This document shows positions 12,801-27,764 of a stretch of 64,000 bases of DNA, in pieces (the first letter of the stretch is position 1; each line of letters begins with the position of its first letter). The stretch covers positions 1,736,001-1,800,000 of the forward strand of contig JAYWIR010000028.1 of the NCBI GenBank assembly GCA_036172245.1. Direction: 5' to 3'. Source of the DNA: Raillietiella orientalis. Lineage: Eukaryota. The position numbers were made by a program, and so were the translations under genes. Below the pieces are notes generated by a model. It saw only the letters and a program-made list of their open reading frames with translations, was not told where the DNA came from and searched no databases.

Positions 12801-13689
12801 TGTATTACAGAACCAGAGCGGGGCGCCAAACCACGAGTCGCTCTTTTGGGGAAGAGACATGAGCAGCATCTCTCGCCTCCCTTTTCTTAGCTTCAATTGA
12901 TGCCGTCAGGTCGCACACGCCTAATGCATCGGCCGTCGCAACTCTCAGCTTCCTCATAAGCTCATCATGGCGCTGCTGGTTGTGCAGTGTGGTAAAGCAG
13001 GCTCTGGTGAGCTTCCCGCACGAATCTTAGTGAATCTGAACCGAATCGAGTCGCATTGCACGGAAAGGTCGTCGACGAACCTCATGTGACCTCGAATGAT
13101 TCACTCCTCACAACTTTTGCATATCCCCAAAGCAGAGAGTGGATCCAACTGTCTCGATTCAAAGAACCAGACGGCCGAATTCATGGAACCAAGATTTTTC
13201 CTGTGTTCCTTTGCGGTTTCAGTCCTTAGCATTTAAATACTTGTAGTGACGCGACCTGAAAACATCAGCATCCCTCGTGCTGGATGAAAACCTAAAGCTG
13301 GAGCCCAAGTAAGCGAAAGAGACCACTGTTTTTGTTGCTGTTGCTTTCTCGTGATTGCAGCATCCTTTCCACCGAGTAACCTTACGCAGAATTACAGCCA
13401 CAGAGCTGTCGGAAACTTTCGTTTCTCATGAGTGGCAGACCTCGAATTGCCAAGGAGATATTCGTACCTAGTAAGGGACAAGGTTTTGTGAGATGGCATT
13501 TTTTTGGTTCCTTAGTTGCCCCGGTCGTCATTGGAGGGAAAGCCACTGGAGAAACCATGAAAACAGGACTTTCAGGGGATGAGAATTCCTATGAAATTCT
13601 AATTTACAACACGATTATTAGAGTAAATTCTCAGCCTTTTCGATGATCCCTTTAGTCTCCGACTCAGATGACTGCGGATAGCTGTCTCC

Positions 13690-14960
<1,271 letters not shown>

Positions 14961-14964
14961 AGAC

Positions 14965-15545
14965 ACTCCGCGTTGGCGGAGACCGTGTGGCTGCGGTCTC
15001 TGCGTGTGACGCCAACCGTTGCGGGTTCAAATCCCTACGTGGGGGGTCGACGCCGAGAAATGAGTGAGTCATGGGTTTCGAGCCTCTCCTGAAAAACTAC
15101 GCTGGTTGGTCTTATAGGCTTCGGGTGTGACAGCACTGGTGGAAGCCTGATGTTCTCGTTGACTGCTCGGGATTGGAAGTTGACCTCCCAAGGTCCTTCC
15201 AGGAATCGAGGAGCCGGTTCCTTCCGCTTGTGCAAAGGAGATGTTTTCCCCTCGCTCCAGTGTGGACCCTTAATCTCGTGCCACGGGGCTGGTGGATTGA
15301 TGGTGCCTCCCCAGAGTGCAAGAAGCGTGCTGCCCCCTTAGGGGAGTGCCCTCCAGAGAAAATTTGAAAGCTTCCCTTCGGGGTCCTCTTCAGAGGAGGA
15401 AACCAGAAGCGGATCCTTTCCGGGTTTCCTTCGGAGAAGAAACGATTAGTGGGCTCCCTCAGGAGGGGTCCTCTCGCAGAGAATGCTTGGCAAACCCGAA
15501 AAAAAGGAAAAAAAAAAAGCCAGAAGGGAAAAGCGAAGCAGAAAA
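14965..15545 (+). mobile_element. tRNA-derived SINE copy
   Basis: B-box GGTTCAAATCC at 15024-15034. Body motif GTTGACCTCCCAAGGTCCTTCCAGGAATCGAGGAG is shared with other copies. A-rich tail. Inserted right after the protease YTR codons. Confidence 0.8.
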
Positions 15546-16849
15546 GAACCGGCACTGGATGCCGGTGATCTCCGCCCCCTCTTCCAATTCCTCTGCAAGG
15601 TGAGGCCATCTAGCAGCTGCCCCCATGTAGGCAAGCGTTGGAAGTGGGGAGGGGGGTTTGCACAGAAGGTGCGGAACTCATTTTCGTTTTCGGAGGGAAC
15701 GATCACAAGAGGATCTTGATGTGGAAGAACGGTGATTCCTAAGCCACCTTCCAAAAATGATTCAAATGAGCCAATTGCACTTTTTTCCCCTTTATCTCTA
15801 AAAGGCAGTTCCTATTGGATATAGGATGAGCGCATGAATCATGAAAAATTCTTGGGGTGGGTCCTGACCTGGGACAGGGGTGGTGTTTCTCCACTCAGCA
15901 TGGCTCACGTGAAGAGCGCATGAGATTAGCTGACCCGTTCATCGAGTCCGTGGTCACGTGATAGCGAATGGCACTCTGTCGCGGATCTGCCACGAGCTAA
16001 GCGACAGAGACGGGACCTCAATCTCGTGCCTTTGGAGGCAAAAGAGGTTTGCCTGCTCACAACCTCGTTTCTCTTGATGGTCCAGCGAAGAGCGTTTCCG
16101 TCCTTCTCTCGGTAACTCCTCCAAGCAGAGCCGCTTAGTGCTCCCCAAGTTCTTATCCGCATTCGCCTCTTTCGAACTCCACTGTTTTTGCCGCTAATCA
16201 TTCATGTTACAGGCGCTCCCCCTTCTCCCTCGGAAAGCACGTAATGAAAGTTTGGCTTCATTCAACACTTTGTTGCTCAGGAATCCCATTTGAACAGTTC
16301 CTCCCTCCCTTGCTTGCCTCATCCTCCGCAGTTCTCAATGGGACTCCAATCTTCGGCTACAGTCTTGGTCCACGACTCTACTGCCGCATTTCCTCTCCTC
16401 CCCCCCTCCTTCAGCGCGTAATCTACGAGGTTTTCAGCCGCCTGATTCATGTGCTGGTGGTCCCTTCATATGGAAGATCTCCCCTCTCCTCCTCCAAAAA
16501 GAGGGAAACCTGAGGCATCTTCCGAAATGTGCGAGAACTTCCTCTCTCATTGGGCGCCGAGATCATCTTGTGACTGAAAAACTTCCTTTGTTTCCTCGAG
16601 GACAATCCCAAAAGAATCGCAACGTGTTTTAATTTGGGATTGTCATACGTATCAGGCTGTGTAATACGAGATACTTTGTAATCGGATAGGGAATCACTAT
16701 GGCGACGCTGCAGACATGCAATAAACGATCCAAAATCGATGAGGGTTAGTCAAGGGCCACGACCACGACGGTCCACAGCATCGCCCTCGGTGTACACCCT
16801 CTGCTTCGAGATGGAAACTGTGTAAATGGTTTTGCAAATGCTTTGCCGT

Positions 16850-17505
16850 TTTTCTGCTTCGCTTTTTCCTTCCAGCTTTTTCATTTTTTTTTTCGGGTTT
16901 TCTCTTTTTCTTTTTGGTTCTCTGAGTGACTCAGGAACCGTCGTGTGAATCGCCCACGCCACATGAGGGTGTGTGCAACTCTTCAATTAGGGGGTGTTCC
17001 GGGTGGGGACCACCCTATGAGTCCAGGACGGCTCCAGTGCTCTTACACCTGGCATGGAACCTCCAAGGAAACTTCCTCATTCTCTCCGGAGGAACCCCTC
17101 GGAGGGGGACCCCTGCTGCAATTTGTTCTCCGAAGGAAACCCTCAAAGGAACCGCACCTTGTTTCCTCCTCCTCTGAAACTTCGAAGCGACACTTCCTGA
17201 TTTCTCTGAAGAGCGCTCGCCAAAGGGAGCAGCACGTTCTTGCACTAGAGAGAGGCATCAACCAGCTCCATGGCACACGGTGGAGGTTCCCCGTCCGAGG
17301 AAAGGGGAACGGTTCCATTTGCACAACCGGAGGGGAACCGCGAAGGACTTTTTGATTCCCAGAAGGATTTCGGAGGGTCAACTTCAATCCCGGAGACCAG
17401 ACAACGGGGACATCTGGCTTCCGCCAGTGCCGCATGCAAATGTAGGCCAGCCAGCGTCATCTTGCGGGGGAGACTCGAAGCCCACAACGCAACCATTTCT
17501 CTAGA
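16850..17505 (-). mobile_element. SINE copy lacking the tRNA head
   Basis: Body and tail (GGAAAAAGCGAAGCAGAAAA) are similar to the 14965 and 8883 copies. Confidence 0.75.
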
Positions 17506-17919
17506 GCCAGACACCGTCGTAGCGTGGGCACCATGCGCAGCGTGCACGGTGTGCGCTACGGATGCTGAAGCTCGTGATCAGAGAATAAAAGCAGATATGC
17601 TAATTGCACATGCTGGATAATGACATTTGCCCGGATGGAACACTTGATTCAAGATGTAGAGGATTTGCTTAATGGACATCGTCTCATCTGAGAGTGAATG
17701 GAGCTGAAGGCGTTTCCGCTTTGAGAATCGTTCGTTACGTAACTAAGGGACCGGAAGTTCATGAACTTTGGTAGCTCTTGGTTTTGCGCGAAATCTCCAC
17801 GAGAACGTCGATCAATCGCCCGCAAGCCACCTCTGTCGTGCCCTCTGCCATCTTGGTTATGAGAAGGGATGAAAACAAACATCTGGGTGCGCAATGGACA
17901 GCTCGGGAGATGACTGACC

Positions 17920-18703
17920 CCGCAACCCCGGGTGTCCCACTCAAAGGATTGCCAGGCTGGGAGAGCTGCTACAAATCCCTCCGGAGGAGGTGCATTGGCC
18001 CGAGTGTGTTGGAACAGTGCTACCTCCCCTTGAAGTGGTAGGAGTCGGCAGTCCTGCTGTGGCATTGGGGCCTCCAGTGCAATGCCCGCCGACCTCACTG
18101 GACCCGGGGGAGTATAAACCGGAACTGCAGTAGGTGCGGAGGAATAGAGTCCCTCCCACACCTGCTCATGGATTGTGTTGCCTTCATTCTCCTGAAGGAA
18201 TTCTTTACTGCGTCTCTGCGGATCCGCGAGGGCATCCCCAAAGACGTTTTGAAGCGTCTCTTCCTGCGCAACGCCCTCATACCGACCGCATCCCTAGCAG
18301 CACTGTGTTGCCTACGCGGCCGGACCGTGGCTGCATGGAGCAACGCCAGAGGAGGCCAGAACGATAGGGACGCCATCTATTTCTCAGTCCTCTTCATGAG
18401 GATAGCATCAAGATGGGAAATCTGGGAATCCTGAAACAGGAACTTGCCGGAATCCTGGAAAGGATGCAGACAGCAGTCTATGCTTCCTTCCTGAACACTC
18501 TCAGTTTTTTTGCATGTATTTTATGTTTTATTTTTCTTTTTGTTTGTCCCTCCCCTCCTCTCCTACTGAGACGAATCTCTCTGGCCTTTGTTCCGGATCT
18601 CGGCAGGTTCCCATTTTTACATTTGTCAGGTGGCAGGGCCAGGCGTCCTGCCACCGACTTCGAAGTTTCTTTTATATAAATGAATGCTTCGGCGCAACCA
18701 GGT
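17920..18703 (+). mobile_element. Tx1-like 3' fragment (C-terminal CCHC, 3' UTR)
   Basis: WHWGLQCN..NCSRCGGIESLPHLLMDC..MRIASRW, a T-rich UTR and a terminal hairpin at 18688-18702. Confidence 0.85.
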
Positions 18704-18709
18704 TTCAGG

Positions 18710-20314
18710 CTATCTTGGTTGGTGCCTTCGCCTGCGGGGCAGCAGTCAGAGCGGTGCAGACTGTTGCCTCAGACCCACACGCTGCTGTTGCGCGCCGCAG
18801 CCCTCTCCTCCTGCACACGGGAACAGGAAGTAGCCCAGTGCAGCTCCACGTCGCCAAAGCGGCCAGCGTCTCCACGGCCAAGGCGGCAGGTTCCGGATCT
18901 GCCTGAAGGACTTGATGGCGCCGCTCCAGGACGCTGATTTGGGTATCCTGATCATTGATAAGATCGGATTGCAGATGTAGTTCCGGCTTCTCTCCCCGTG
19001 TGGGGAATTGTGGTCTTTTCGTTGGTGTACTCTGGTACGCCACATCCTCCGGCGATGCGCTGGAAGCTCAAAGCTGCTTCGCTACTGCTGCGCAAACTAC
19101 GTTGAAGGGCTGGCTTTGGCTATCCCCTGAGGCATCTGTCCTTAATACTGGTGGCCTACGCGTGGATCTCCCGTCACCCCTAAAACTGGAACGCCTGGCA
19201 GCAGGAGGCTGAGTCCTGGGTTGCCTCTTTGGAAGTGCGCCCAGAGGAACTGCGAACGCTGCAGAATCTCTTACGCAAACAGCTGGGAGATCTACAGAAT
19301 TGGACTGAGCGACTTCCACAAAGTAGGGAACGGAGGGAATATGGAACGTTTCTTAGTCTTTAAAAGCAGCTGTGGATGTTGGCCATCTTTCTGGAGACTT
19401 CTGGCAGATGGAGCCACCTTGCTGCATTCCTCATGAGGACTGCTGGCATGCTGGTGGCCTCTCTTTGCCGAGAACCTGACTCCAACACCTAGCAGGCTGT
19501 CACTATGTCACAAATGCAACAGATTGCACAGCACCCTTCTTCAGTCTGCCTCCGTTGAAGAAGCAAATCTGTGTCCTGCGGTTGTCGGAGCGCCAAAGCG
19601 AGTCTCCGCCTCAAGTCCTCCAGGGCACTGCAGCTCAGCAAAAGGCGCGGGAGCGATTTCCAGTTAGCCGCCACACTCCCGGTCGCAGCACTGCCTGAAC
19701 TCGGGGCAAAAAATGACAGCAGCCAATCGGCGGGGCGGAAGTTCTGCAAAATGGCAGGAGTAGAAAAACCTCTGGACGGCTGCAAGACGAGCGAGTTAGT
19801 GAACGCTGCTCCTCCTCGTTTCCAAGCAAAGGGACTCCTTCGGAGGAATGACCTGCTTGACGTGCCACCCGCAGAACTCGTGGTCTCTTCCCTGTCTGAG
19901 GACACCTCCGTGTTCCTTCCTCGTTGGAAACAGGATCTTGTGCTGTTTCTTCACTGGAGATTCCAGTGCTGTCGGCGCAGACACCTGGTTTGCGGGGGAG
20001 TTGCTTCCCCGAACTGTTCCAGGTGCGGGGCGACGAAATCGCTCCTGCACCTTTTGCTGGCTGCAGTGCCCTGGAGGACTCTAAAGAGTAAGGAACCAAA
20101 GACCTCTGTCCACACCCTCTCGTCTTTTTTATTTCTTTATTGTCCCCTCCCTCCGTTCCCTACTTTTTGGAAATCGGCCTGCGTGCCGGTGGTTAACCCG
20201 AATGAACTTTTTGGCACTCCTTGTTTTTGAGGGATTCTTCCCCCCTCTGACTTGTAGTTTGTTTGTTTGTTCTCTCTTTCAAAATAAACGTCCCGGCGTA
20301 ACCGGGTTAGAACC
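18710..20314 (+). mobile_element. Tx1-like 3' fragment, head-to-tail with the previous copy
   Basis: KGLLRRNDLLDVPPAELVV..LHWRFQC..NCSRCGATKSLLHLL, then AATAAA and a hairpin at 20292-20306. The 5' limit is uncertain. Confidence 0.75.
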
Positions 20315-22799
20315 GACGGTCAAGGCCACTAGGCTCCGTTGGCTGGACGCGTGTCTCCCGAGGCCGCTGCGCGACTCGCAGACGCGAGAAGCAGTCGGAA
20401 GGACTTCCGGCCGAAACGGAGGACACAAGAGGAATCCCTGCCGCAACCAATACCGAGAGGAAACTTAGCGCGGATTAATTTCCGCTCGCTTTCGCGTCAC
20501 ACTGAAGCATCTGTATCCAGTAAAATAATCGGCATCCCGTGGATGGACTTTCTGAGAGTGTCGTCATGAACATTACGGTCACTCAGCAGCAACAGCGGCC
20601 TAACCAATTCTCACTGAGAAAGAAGATTGAAAGCATGGACGTGCAAAATGTCAAAATGGCGGAAAGCGTTATAATAGTCATTTCAGGACTCTCGCCTCGG
20701 AACGATTCGCAGAGAAGATTCTGGAATAACAAATGATCTGCAGATGAAAAGATAAAAGAGGAAGATGAAACCGCGATTTTTCTTCGTCCCGCGTTATACT
20801 GACTCCGAACGGGATTTCTCCGTTTCTCTGCATCCTCTATTCTTCGGCTTCCTTCTTGATCTCCCTCATGAAAATCCTCTACGAGATCAGAAGAACAGAT
20901 CCTTCGATTTTCGCCGGTGCCTCTATGCTCCATTTCCTGAGAGTCTGGCAAAGGGATCGTTCAAGTTTCTCCTAGACCACCCTGCAAAATTCATCGCACA
21001 TCCCTCTCTCGTGTGCACCTTTGAATCATCGTCCCGATCGGAAAGTCTCATCCACGTCCTTCATCGATGCATGGTAAGGAAATGCTTCGGGATTGTACCA
21101 AAAGCTGCTAGAAGATTTTCGAATTCTTCTGGACCGAGATGAGCTGGTACATCTCTAATGCTAACTTCATTTCGCTTACTAAGACTTGGAAAACCTCCAG
21201 GAAACGATGGTTTTACTGTCAGAGAAGAATCCATCAGAGAGTTCCCTGGAAGGAAAAACATTCGATTTCTCGATCGACCTGTGTGCTGCACTTTGACCTG
21301 AACAACCAACAAAAGCATAACCAGCCTCGCTCAACTTAAACACTAACACAGCTGAGACCATGATCTTGAAAAAGCTCTCGTGACGTTGTTTCACAAACAT
21401 CCGCAGGCAGGTCACCTATATACAATCTACTCATGTGTAGACTTTAAGGAGCACTCCCTGATTTTCCTTCCTCACCATCTGTCGACTGGATTTGAATTCT
21501 GTTGCGGGCGCTTGGAAAGCGCTCGTCATATCCAGATTGAAGCTTCCTTTCCTCCTCATAGCTTGTGTGTTTTTTTTTCTTTCAGAAAAGACTGAGGTAT
21601 TTTAGCAAGTGACCATTGCTTCCATGGGAACGAAGCAACCCTCTTTTCCTTTGCTTGGTCTGCCGACGTATTCTGTTTCCAATGTGCTTAGTGATCTCAC
21701 TCTCATCACCGTTGTACGAAGCTCAAACAAACATCGCGGCGTATGCGTGAAAGCAGCTGCCATTGAGGACGCGGTGGTGTAGGAGCAAGAACTGCCGATC
21801 TTTTCCATGAAGGCTGCTTGCATTCTTCTGGATTTGCTTGAGAGTTCTGGGGCCACAGAGGGCTGCCACACGGGCAGCCCTCTGTGGCCATTTGCTTTGA
21901 ACGCACGGAAGTTCCCATCCCCACTTCCTGCCTCTGTCTTATGGCTTGGTCCTGGTTACGGATCCGTCCCTGCCCGACCGCTTTTCGCGAATTCATCCCG
22001 CTCTTTAGCGACCAGAACGAAGCTCTCCGTCCCGTGCATGGGACAGGATTTTCCGGAGATTCTTTCAGAGGCAATCTCCTCCAGGAAAACCTTCACTCCT
22101 ATAACATCTGCGACTCCTCCTTTTAGAAGGGAACCCGGAAACGGTGGGGAAATTGTGTCACGAGAAGCATGAATTTCTTGTTCCAAAGTGAAGATTGTAC
22201 TAATCAACCGGATCAATGCTCTGTCTCCTCGCTTCATTACTTGGGTCCTCCGCAGGGAACATCATCATTGGACCAGGCTAAATTCACCATCTGGCAGATG
22301 GTGCTGTCCAAAGTTGGCTCATGATTTCATTCTCATCCCTGTCGCACCAAGCTAAAGATGCCTTGAAGAATCTACACTCACTACACTGTGGCTCAAATCT
22401 ACGCTCCACTACACTGTGACTTGCAAAAAAAACTGTTTCTCATCATCTCATCTTTTGAACTGCCTCGATCGTTTTGCATCGTATACCCCGTTGGGCACGC
22501 GCAAAACCAAAGCAGCACTCCACCTGATTCCCTCATGCTCCCGTTGCCCTTTTCTTCTTTCCTGAGGCACTAGCAGGCACACAGCTCTCTTCCCACTTTT
22601 GCTCGGCCGTTCCAGAGAAATTGCCAACGTTTCTCAGCCTCCGCTCATTCGCGAGGTTCTCCACGCGCGAGAGTCTCCGCGCATTCCCAGAAATGAGGAA
22701 AACTTGCGCGCGTGCAGTAATGCAAGAGTGGATTCGGATAACTGGAGAGAGGAGTTTCTACCATTCTATGACTCATCCGAAGTATCCAGCGCAAGCCTC

Positions 22800-23650
22800 G
22801 AGAGTACTGGGTGCCAGAGCACACCACTGCACCCAGCCAGCTTCTTGAGAATTTCCCGGTCATCCCAACACTTCAACCTTTCTCGTACCCGAAGACCCGA
22901 GGGACTCCACCACGATTGCTCTTGCGATCGAATAGAGTGGAGGTCTAGTCCTCGGCAATTGTCCTTTATGGTTGCCTCCTCGCACGCTGCCAATGAATAT
23001 TCATTGGGCATGAGACGTTGCGTGGGACTTCCTTCCCTTCGCTCGGGAGCACTGGTTCTGGTTTTAGCGTCGAGCATGTTCCCGGAGTAGCCCTGGATGA
23101 AGCTCACCAAGTCCCAGCGTTTCAGGGTATCCTCTTGATCAGGGATTCCAGCTCGCCGCACCTCACCGTTATCATGGTTGCTAATGAGCCTGTTGAGAAT
23201 GTGGCCTGGAAGTTTTTCCCATCTTCCGCACCCCCTGCACAGGTGATGATGAGCTCTGTTCCCGGTGTGGACGGCCTGCATAAGCAGAGAGTTGAGTCGT
23301 GTCTCGTAAATTGCACCTCTGGTCAGCATTTCAGGCTGCTCTTCGTTGAGCAGAAAATTCCCCGAAGCGCGATGCCATCTCACTCATGGCATGCTTTTAC
23401 ATTGACCTGAGAGTTTTTAATAAGTGATGTCCACGTTGCGTCGGATTGTGACCAGGGTTGAGACCGATTGTTCAAGATCAGGTTTCAACAGAGCGCTGAA
23501 CTAAAGCGTGGATGCTTCTTCCGGAAATGTTCGATCTCTCTTTGTTGGAAGCTGCAAGCTGTTCCAGTCTTTAAAGCTGCAGCCGCTTTGCATTGGGCTT
23601 GCAATCGACGCGCTCAGAAATCAGAAATGACTGAGGATTCCACGCCATGC
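22800..23650 (-). mobile_element. NeSL/R2-type non-LTR C-terminal fragment (CCHC plus restriction-like endonuclease)
   Basis: SGNFLL..TRLNSL..CRGCGRWEKLPGHILN..LKRWDLV..MLDAKT within ORF 22766-23383. Confidence 0.6.
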
Positions 23651-25838
23651 GAAGATCTGCAGTAAATGATGAAAGGGCCTACCGAAAGTGATTTTCTTCT
23701 CATTCGATCCTTATTTCCCCTGCCACAACCCAAGCGAACTGAAGCTCTAAAATCTCAACCCCATTCCAAATCTCTACAATTTCCATCTGCTAAAAATATC
23801 TCTGGAAAACCATTCTGACATCGTCGTCAAGGAACCTCTCCAAGATGCCTGCATCTATTTTCATATACCGAACTCGCAATGATTCAAAGGGTTTCAGAGA
23901 CTATAAACATCTCACAGTGCAGAGGAACAAGATTAATATTCTTGAGAAGGAGGACGCAATCATTTTTTAGCAGCCTCTGGCATTCTTTTCTTTCCTTTCA
24001 ACAGATTCCAGCGATCCATAAACCACTTAGAAAGTCGCATAATCCGTAGCTCACGCCATGAGCCGCCGGCGCCCAGCTTCTGCCAATGCGAGTCGCTTCG
24101 GAAGGGTCAGGTGCCAAGGAAGACATGGGTGGAATTTGCAGTTGTCGCAGATGACCGCAGTTACCGGAATGGTAGTCCCCGGGCTATCCGTCCACCGACA
24201 CGCAAGCGGCTCGCAGGCAGAGCAGTGGAGGCACGGAACTTCCCTTCAACCAACGCGGAGGGAACATTCGCAGGAGCTGCGCACCGAAAGTGAACTGCGG
24301 CTCATCTGGCAAGAAGGAGAAAAGAAACGCACGTGCCGCTTTCTTCCAGCCTCACAGCAAACAGCACCGACCCAGAACTGTCGTTGCGGGGAGTTCGTAG
24401 CAGAGGCGAACAAAAAAGTACACGTGGGGTATCACAGCAGCAACCTTGAAGGACAGTCGGCAACCGTTTCGGATGTTTTTCTCGAGCCGCGGAAACGCGG
24501 TCGGCTCAAAAACACGAGAGAACCTCGGACCAGATCTCCGTTTGGGCGTGATCCTCTGATTCCAACCTGAAATGCTGTATGGACCAGATGCTACTCACCC
24601 AGAACCAATTACTCCTTCTCGAGGCTGCTTTTTAGCAAGCATTCGACCCACTGGAATAGTCTAAAGGATTGATTCGTGTCCTTTATGCTATTTCCTTTCG
24701 TTCGAATCATCCCGTACCGAGCAATCTAATCCAAAGATGAGACGAATGGCGTCAGAGCTCGGAAATTCACGTGTAGTAAATCCCTCGCTGGACTTCAGAT
24801 CCAAACATTAGGTTTGGCATCATCGGTTAGATTGGTTTACTATTACTGTGAAGCTTCATGCAAAGCTGTAGTTCCGAGTATTCGTGTTACATGAAAACTG
24901 TCTTTGTTTCTTATTGAATGTTACTATTGAAGGGTTGTTTCATTTATTCATCGTTTTCATTGATTTTTCATCGAAGTTTTTCCTAGTGGTGGTTGAACTA
25001 TCGCGGCACGTTACTGTAAGAACCCGAAGGCAAAGTTGTACGGTGTATGCCACAATGCTGCTGCTGACGCCCAGTGGCTGAAGAGAAAATGCAAACCATG
25101 AGGAGAAAGAAAAAAAACACAATCTGAAGTCCAGAAAAGCGAGCATTAAGAGGAAAGCTGATTCTTCGGGGAAGGCACCTTCCGAAAATTCGGAAATCAC
25201 ACGGAGTGGTCGTGATCTAAATTGAACTCGTGCTGTCGTGAACATGCGTTTGGGTTGCCCCTGAGATCTCGTCTTAGTGATGCGTCTTAGTGAAGCTCCT
25301 GTCGCGAGCTTTCCAGGCAACCTGGAAAGTATTTCAAGTCCAATATTTATCGAGTCCAATCTCCCGCAGTTCGCCTTTGATCTTTAGCTGTGCTCCTTCC
25401 CTGATCGCACAGAAACTCGGAAGCTACACGGACAATCCTTTTTCTATCATCCACACCATCCCACTAACGGGGTTCAACGAATCCTACTCTTAGGCGTTTG
25501 TCTGTAACAGCCCCGCTTTCCTATCCCGTTTCCAAAGCAGCTTCCTGCATAAACAGGCCGGTCCAGAGCTGTCCCAGGTCCCTTTCCGGAAAAGAGAACC
25601 ATCCTTTGCCTGATCTACCTGGAATGCGATCTCGCCCAGCAGTAAATAGAGAAAATGAGAGCAGTCCTCAGCTTCTAAAGGATCAGTATGGCTCGGAACG
25701 CGAGTTCATCCAACCACATGAATAACACCGGTCTGATTGGCAGTGGCGTCTTTGAGAGGTCGAAGGCAGGAATTTTAGCACAGCAATCCAGAACCTGGCG
25801 CTGGAATATCCTTTGGATGTTCCAAACGATATTCCGGT

Positions 25839-26245
25839 GCCCGGGTTGGAGGCCGTGTGGCAGTGACCTCCGCGTGTGAAGCCAAGCGTTGCGGGTTCCA
25901 ATCCCTACGTGGAGGGTTGACGCCTCAGAAACGGGGAGCGTCGTCTTCCTCTCAAGACGACTCTGGTTGGCCTGTAGGCTTCAGGTGCTGCACTAATGGA
26001 AGCCAGATGTCCCTCTTGACTGGACGGGATTGGAATTTGACCCTCCAGGGTCTTTCCGGAAATCAAGGAGCTGGTTCCCTTCGGGGTTCCCCTCCGGTTG
26101 TGCAAAGGAGACGTCCCCATCCTCCAGGGAGGATCCTCTATCTCCGGATGCTTCTCCAGAGCGTAAGAGGCACTCTGCTCCCTTCGAGAAGCCTTCCTTC
26201 GGAGAAGTTCCTCCTAGGCTGGGAACTCGATTCCTCCTCTTTTCT
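25839..26245 (+). mobile_element. SINE copy, 3'-truncated
   Basis: Head GGAGGCCGTGTGG..GGTTCCAATCC (25894-25904) and shared body. Confidence 0.8.
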
Positions 26246-26830
26246 AAAACCGGCACTGTGTGGTGGCGCTCTTGCTGGTGGCCTCCTTCAGGTGAGGCCA
26301 CCTGGCACCTCGTCATCACGCAGGGGGCTGACGAGGCTCCAGCAAAGGGCGGTCTGCAGCACCAGCGCGGATGCAACGTGATCGCATCGCCTTCCCGGAC
26401 CGCCGCAGCAAGCTCTTGGAGGCGTCCTCCAGGAGCAGGCGCTCTGGAGACGCAGCCTCTGCCGCGTTTCGGCGGAGGATGTCGCATCCCACCAGGGAAC
26501 GGTGAAGAATTTTCGGGAACGATTCCATCTATCCTCACTCTGAGCAGCTAGAAGACGGGACTTGCCCGAAAAGCGAGGAGCCGGCGCTGTTGGCGCTGGA
26601 AATCCCAGTGCAGCGCTTCCTGTTTTCAGCGCAACGGGAGCACAGGAAAGGCAGCGCGAGTTCTTCAGAGCGGTGCACGCTCGGCAGCCCGCACCATCCC
26701 GATGCAGTCCCTCCTCCCGGGGAACGCAGAGTGGAGGCTTCTGCCAGCTCGCTCGCCTCTCGAGAGTTTTGCCGAGTTTGCAATGGCGCAAAAGAACCCG
26801 GACGACCGGCTGGAAGATCCGGCAGGGCGT
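26245..26830 (-). mobile_element. Diverged Tx1-like ORF2 C-terminal fragment
   Basis: LHWDFQRQQRRLLAF and ARWPHLKEA..QCRF align by eye to LHWGFHCNQRAHLV and SRWPHISE..QRRFW of other copies. Confidence 0.6.
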
Positions 26831-27084
26831 GGTTATCACTTGCAAGAGTAGGCACTACGAAGAAGTGAGACGTAACAAAACCAAAGGAAGCCTCCTGCGC
26901 TCGTGTCTTTCTTTGCATGAAGAGAACGGGAAGGATAGAGATGCTTCGTCCCCATGGTTGTTTCCCTTCCATTTAGAACCGAGCCGAGATCGTTTCTTCT
27001 CGCTCTCGTTCACCTTCCATCCCGCTGCTTCAACATTCCTTTCTAGACTTTCCCGGACAATGATGGAAATCCTTTTGGGTTCTT

Positions 27085-27680
27085 TTCTGTTTCCGCTGTT
27101 TTCCTTTTACAGTTTTTTTTCTTTTTTACAGTTTTTTTTGGGGGAGGGGATTCGCTGAGTACCTCAAGAACCGTCATTTTCCTGGCGGATCAAGAAGCTC
27201 TTCAAGAATCGCCCACGCCACCCAAGGGTGTGTGTGGTAACTCTTTAAGTTAGGGAGTACCCGATGAGGAATCCAGAAAGGCGCTGGAAAAAGGAGTCCG
27301 TTTCTCCCTCGCCTAAGAGGGATCCCCAAAAGAGCCCATTCGTCGTGTCTTCTCCCGAGGGAACCCTCAAGAGAGTCCCTCCTTGTTTCCTACTCCCCTA
27401 AAGAGAATCCCGAAGGGACGCTTCCGAATTTCTCTGAAGGGCACTTCTTGAGATGCAAACCCCCGAGGAGGGTATCAGCCATCTCCATAGTACGCGATGG
27501 AGGGTCCCTTCCAAGGGCAGAAAGAGTCCTATTTTCACAACCGGAAGCAAGTCCCAAAGGAAACCAGCTTCTTGGTTCCTGGAAGGACATCGGGGGGTCA
27601 ACCTACAATCTCAACCAGCCAACAAGGGCATCAGGGGGGTTTCCGGCTTCCACCAGCGCCGCACCCGAAGCCTCACGGAC
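27085..27680 (-). mobile_element. SINE copy lacking the head
   Basis: Shared body (CCTTCCAGGAACCAAGAAGCTGGTTTCC), 3' CCACGCCAC hairpin and A-rich tail. Confidence 0.75.
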
Positions 27681-27764
27681 GTGTTTTTCGTTCTCTCCGC
27701 GGCTGCTGTGTCGACTTCCTATTTAAGTGCTTTGTGTGGATTCGGTGGCGGCTAAGAAAGCGAT

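Noticed and set aside
21602..22237. TIR-domain relic (GVKVFL.., RCLFEL)
   Set aside because: Only two short scattered motifs, with implausible spacing.
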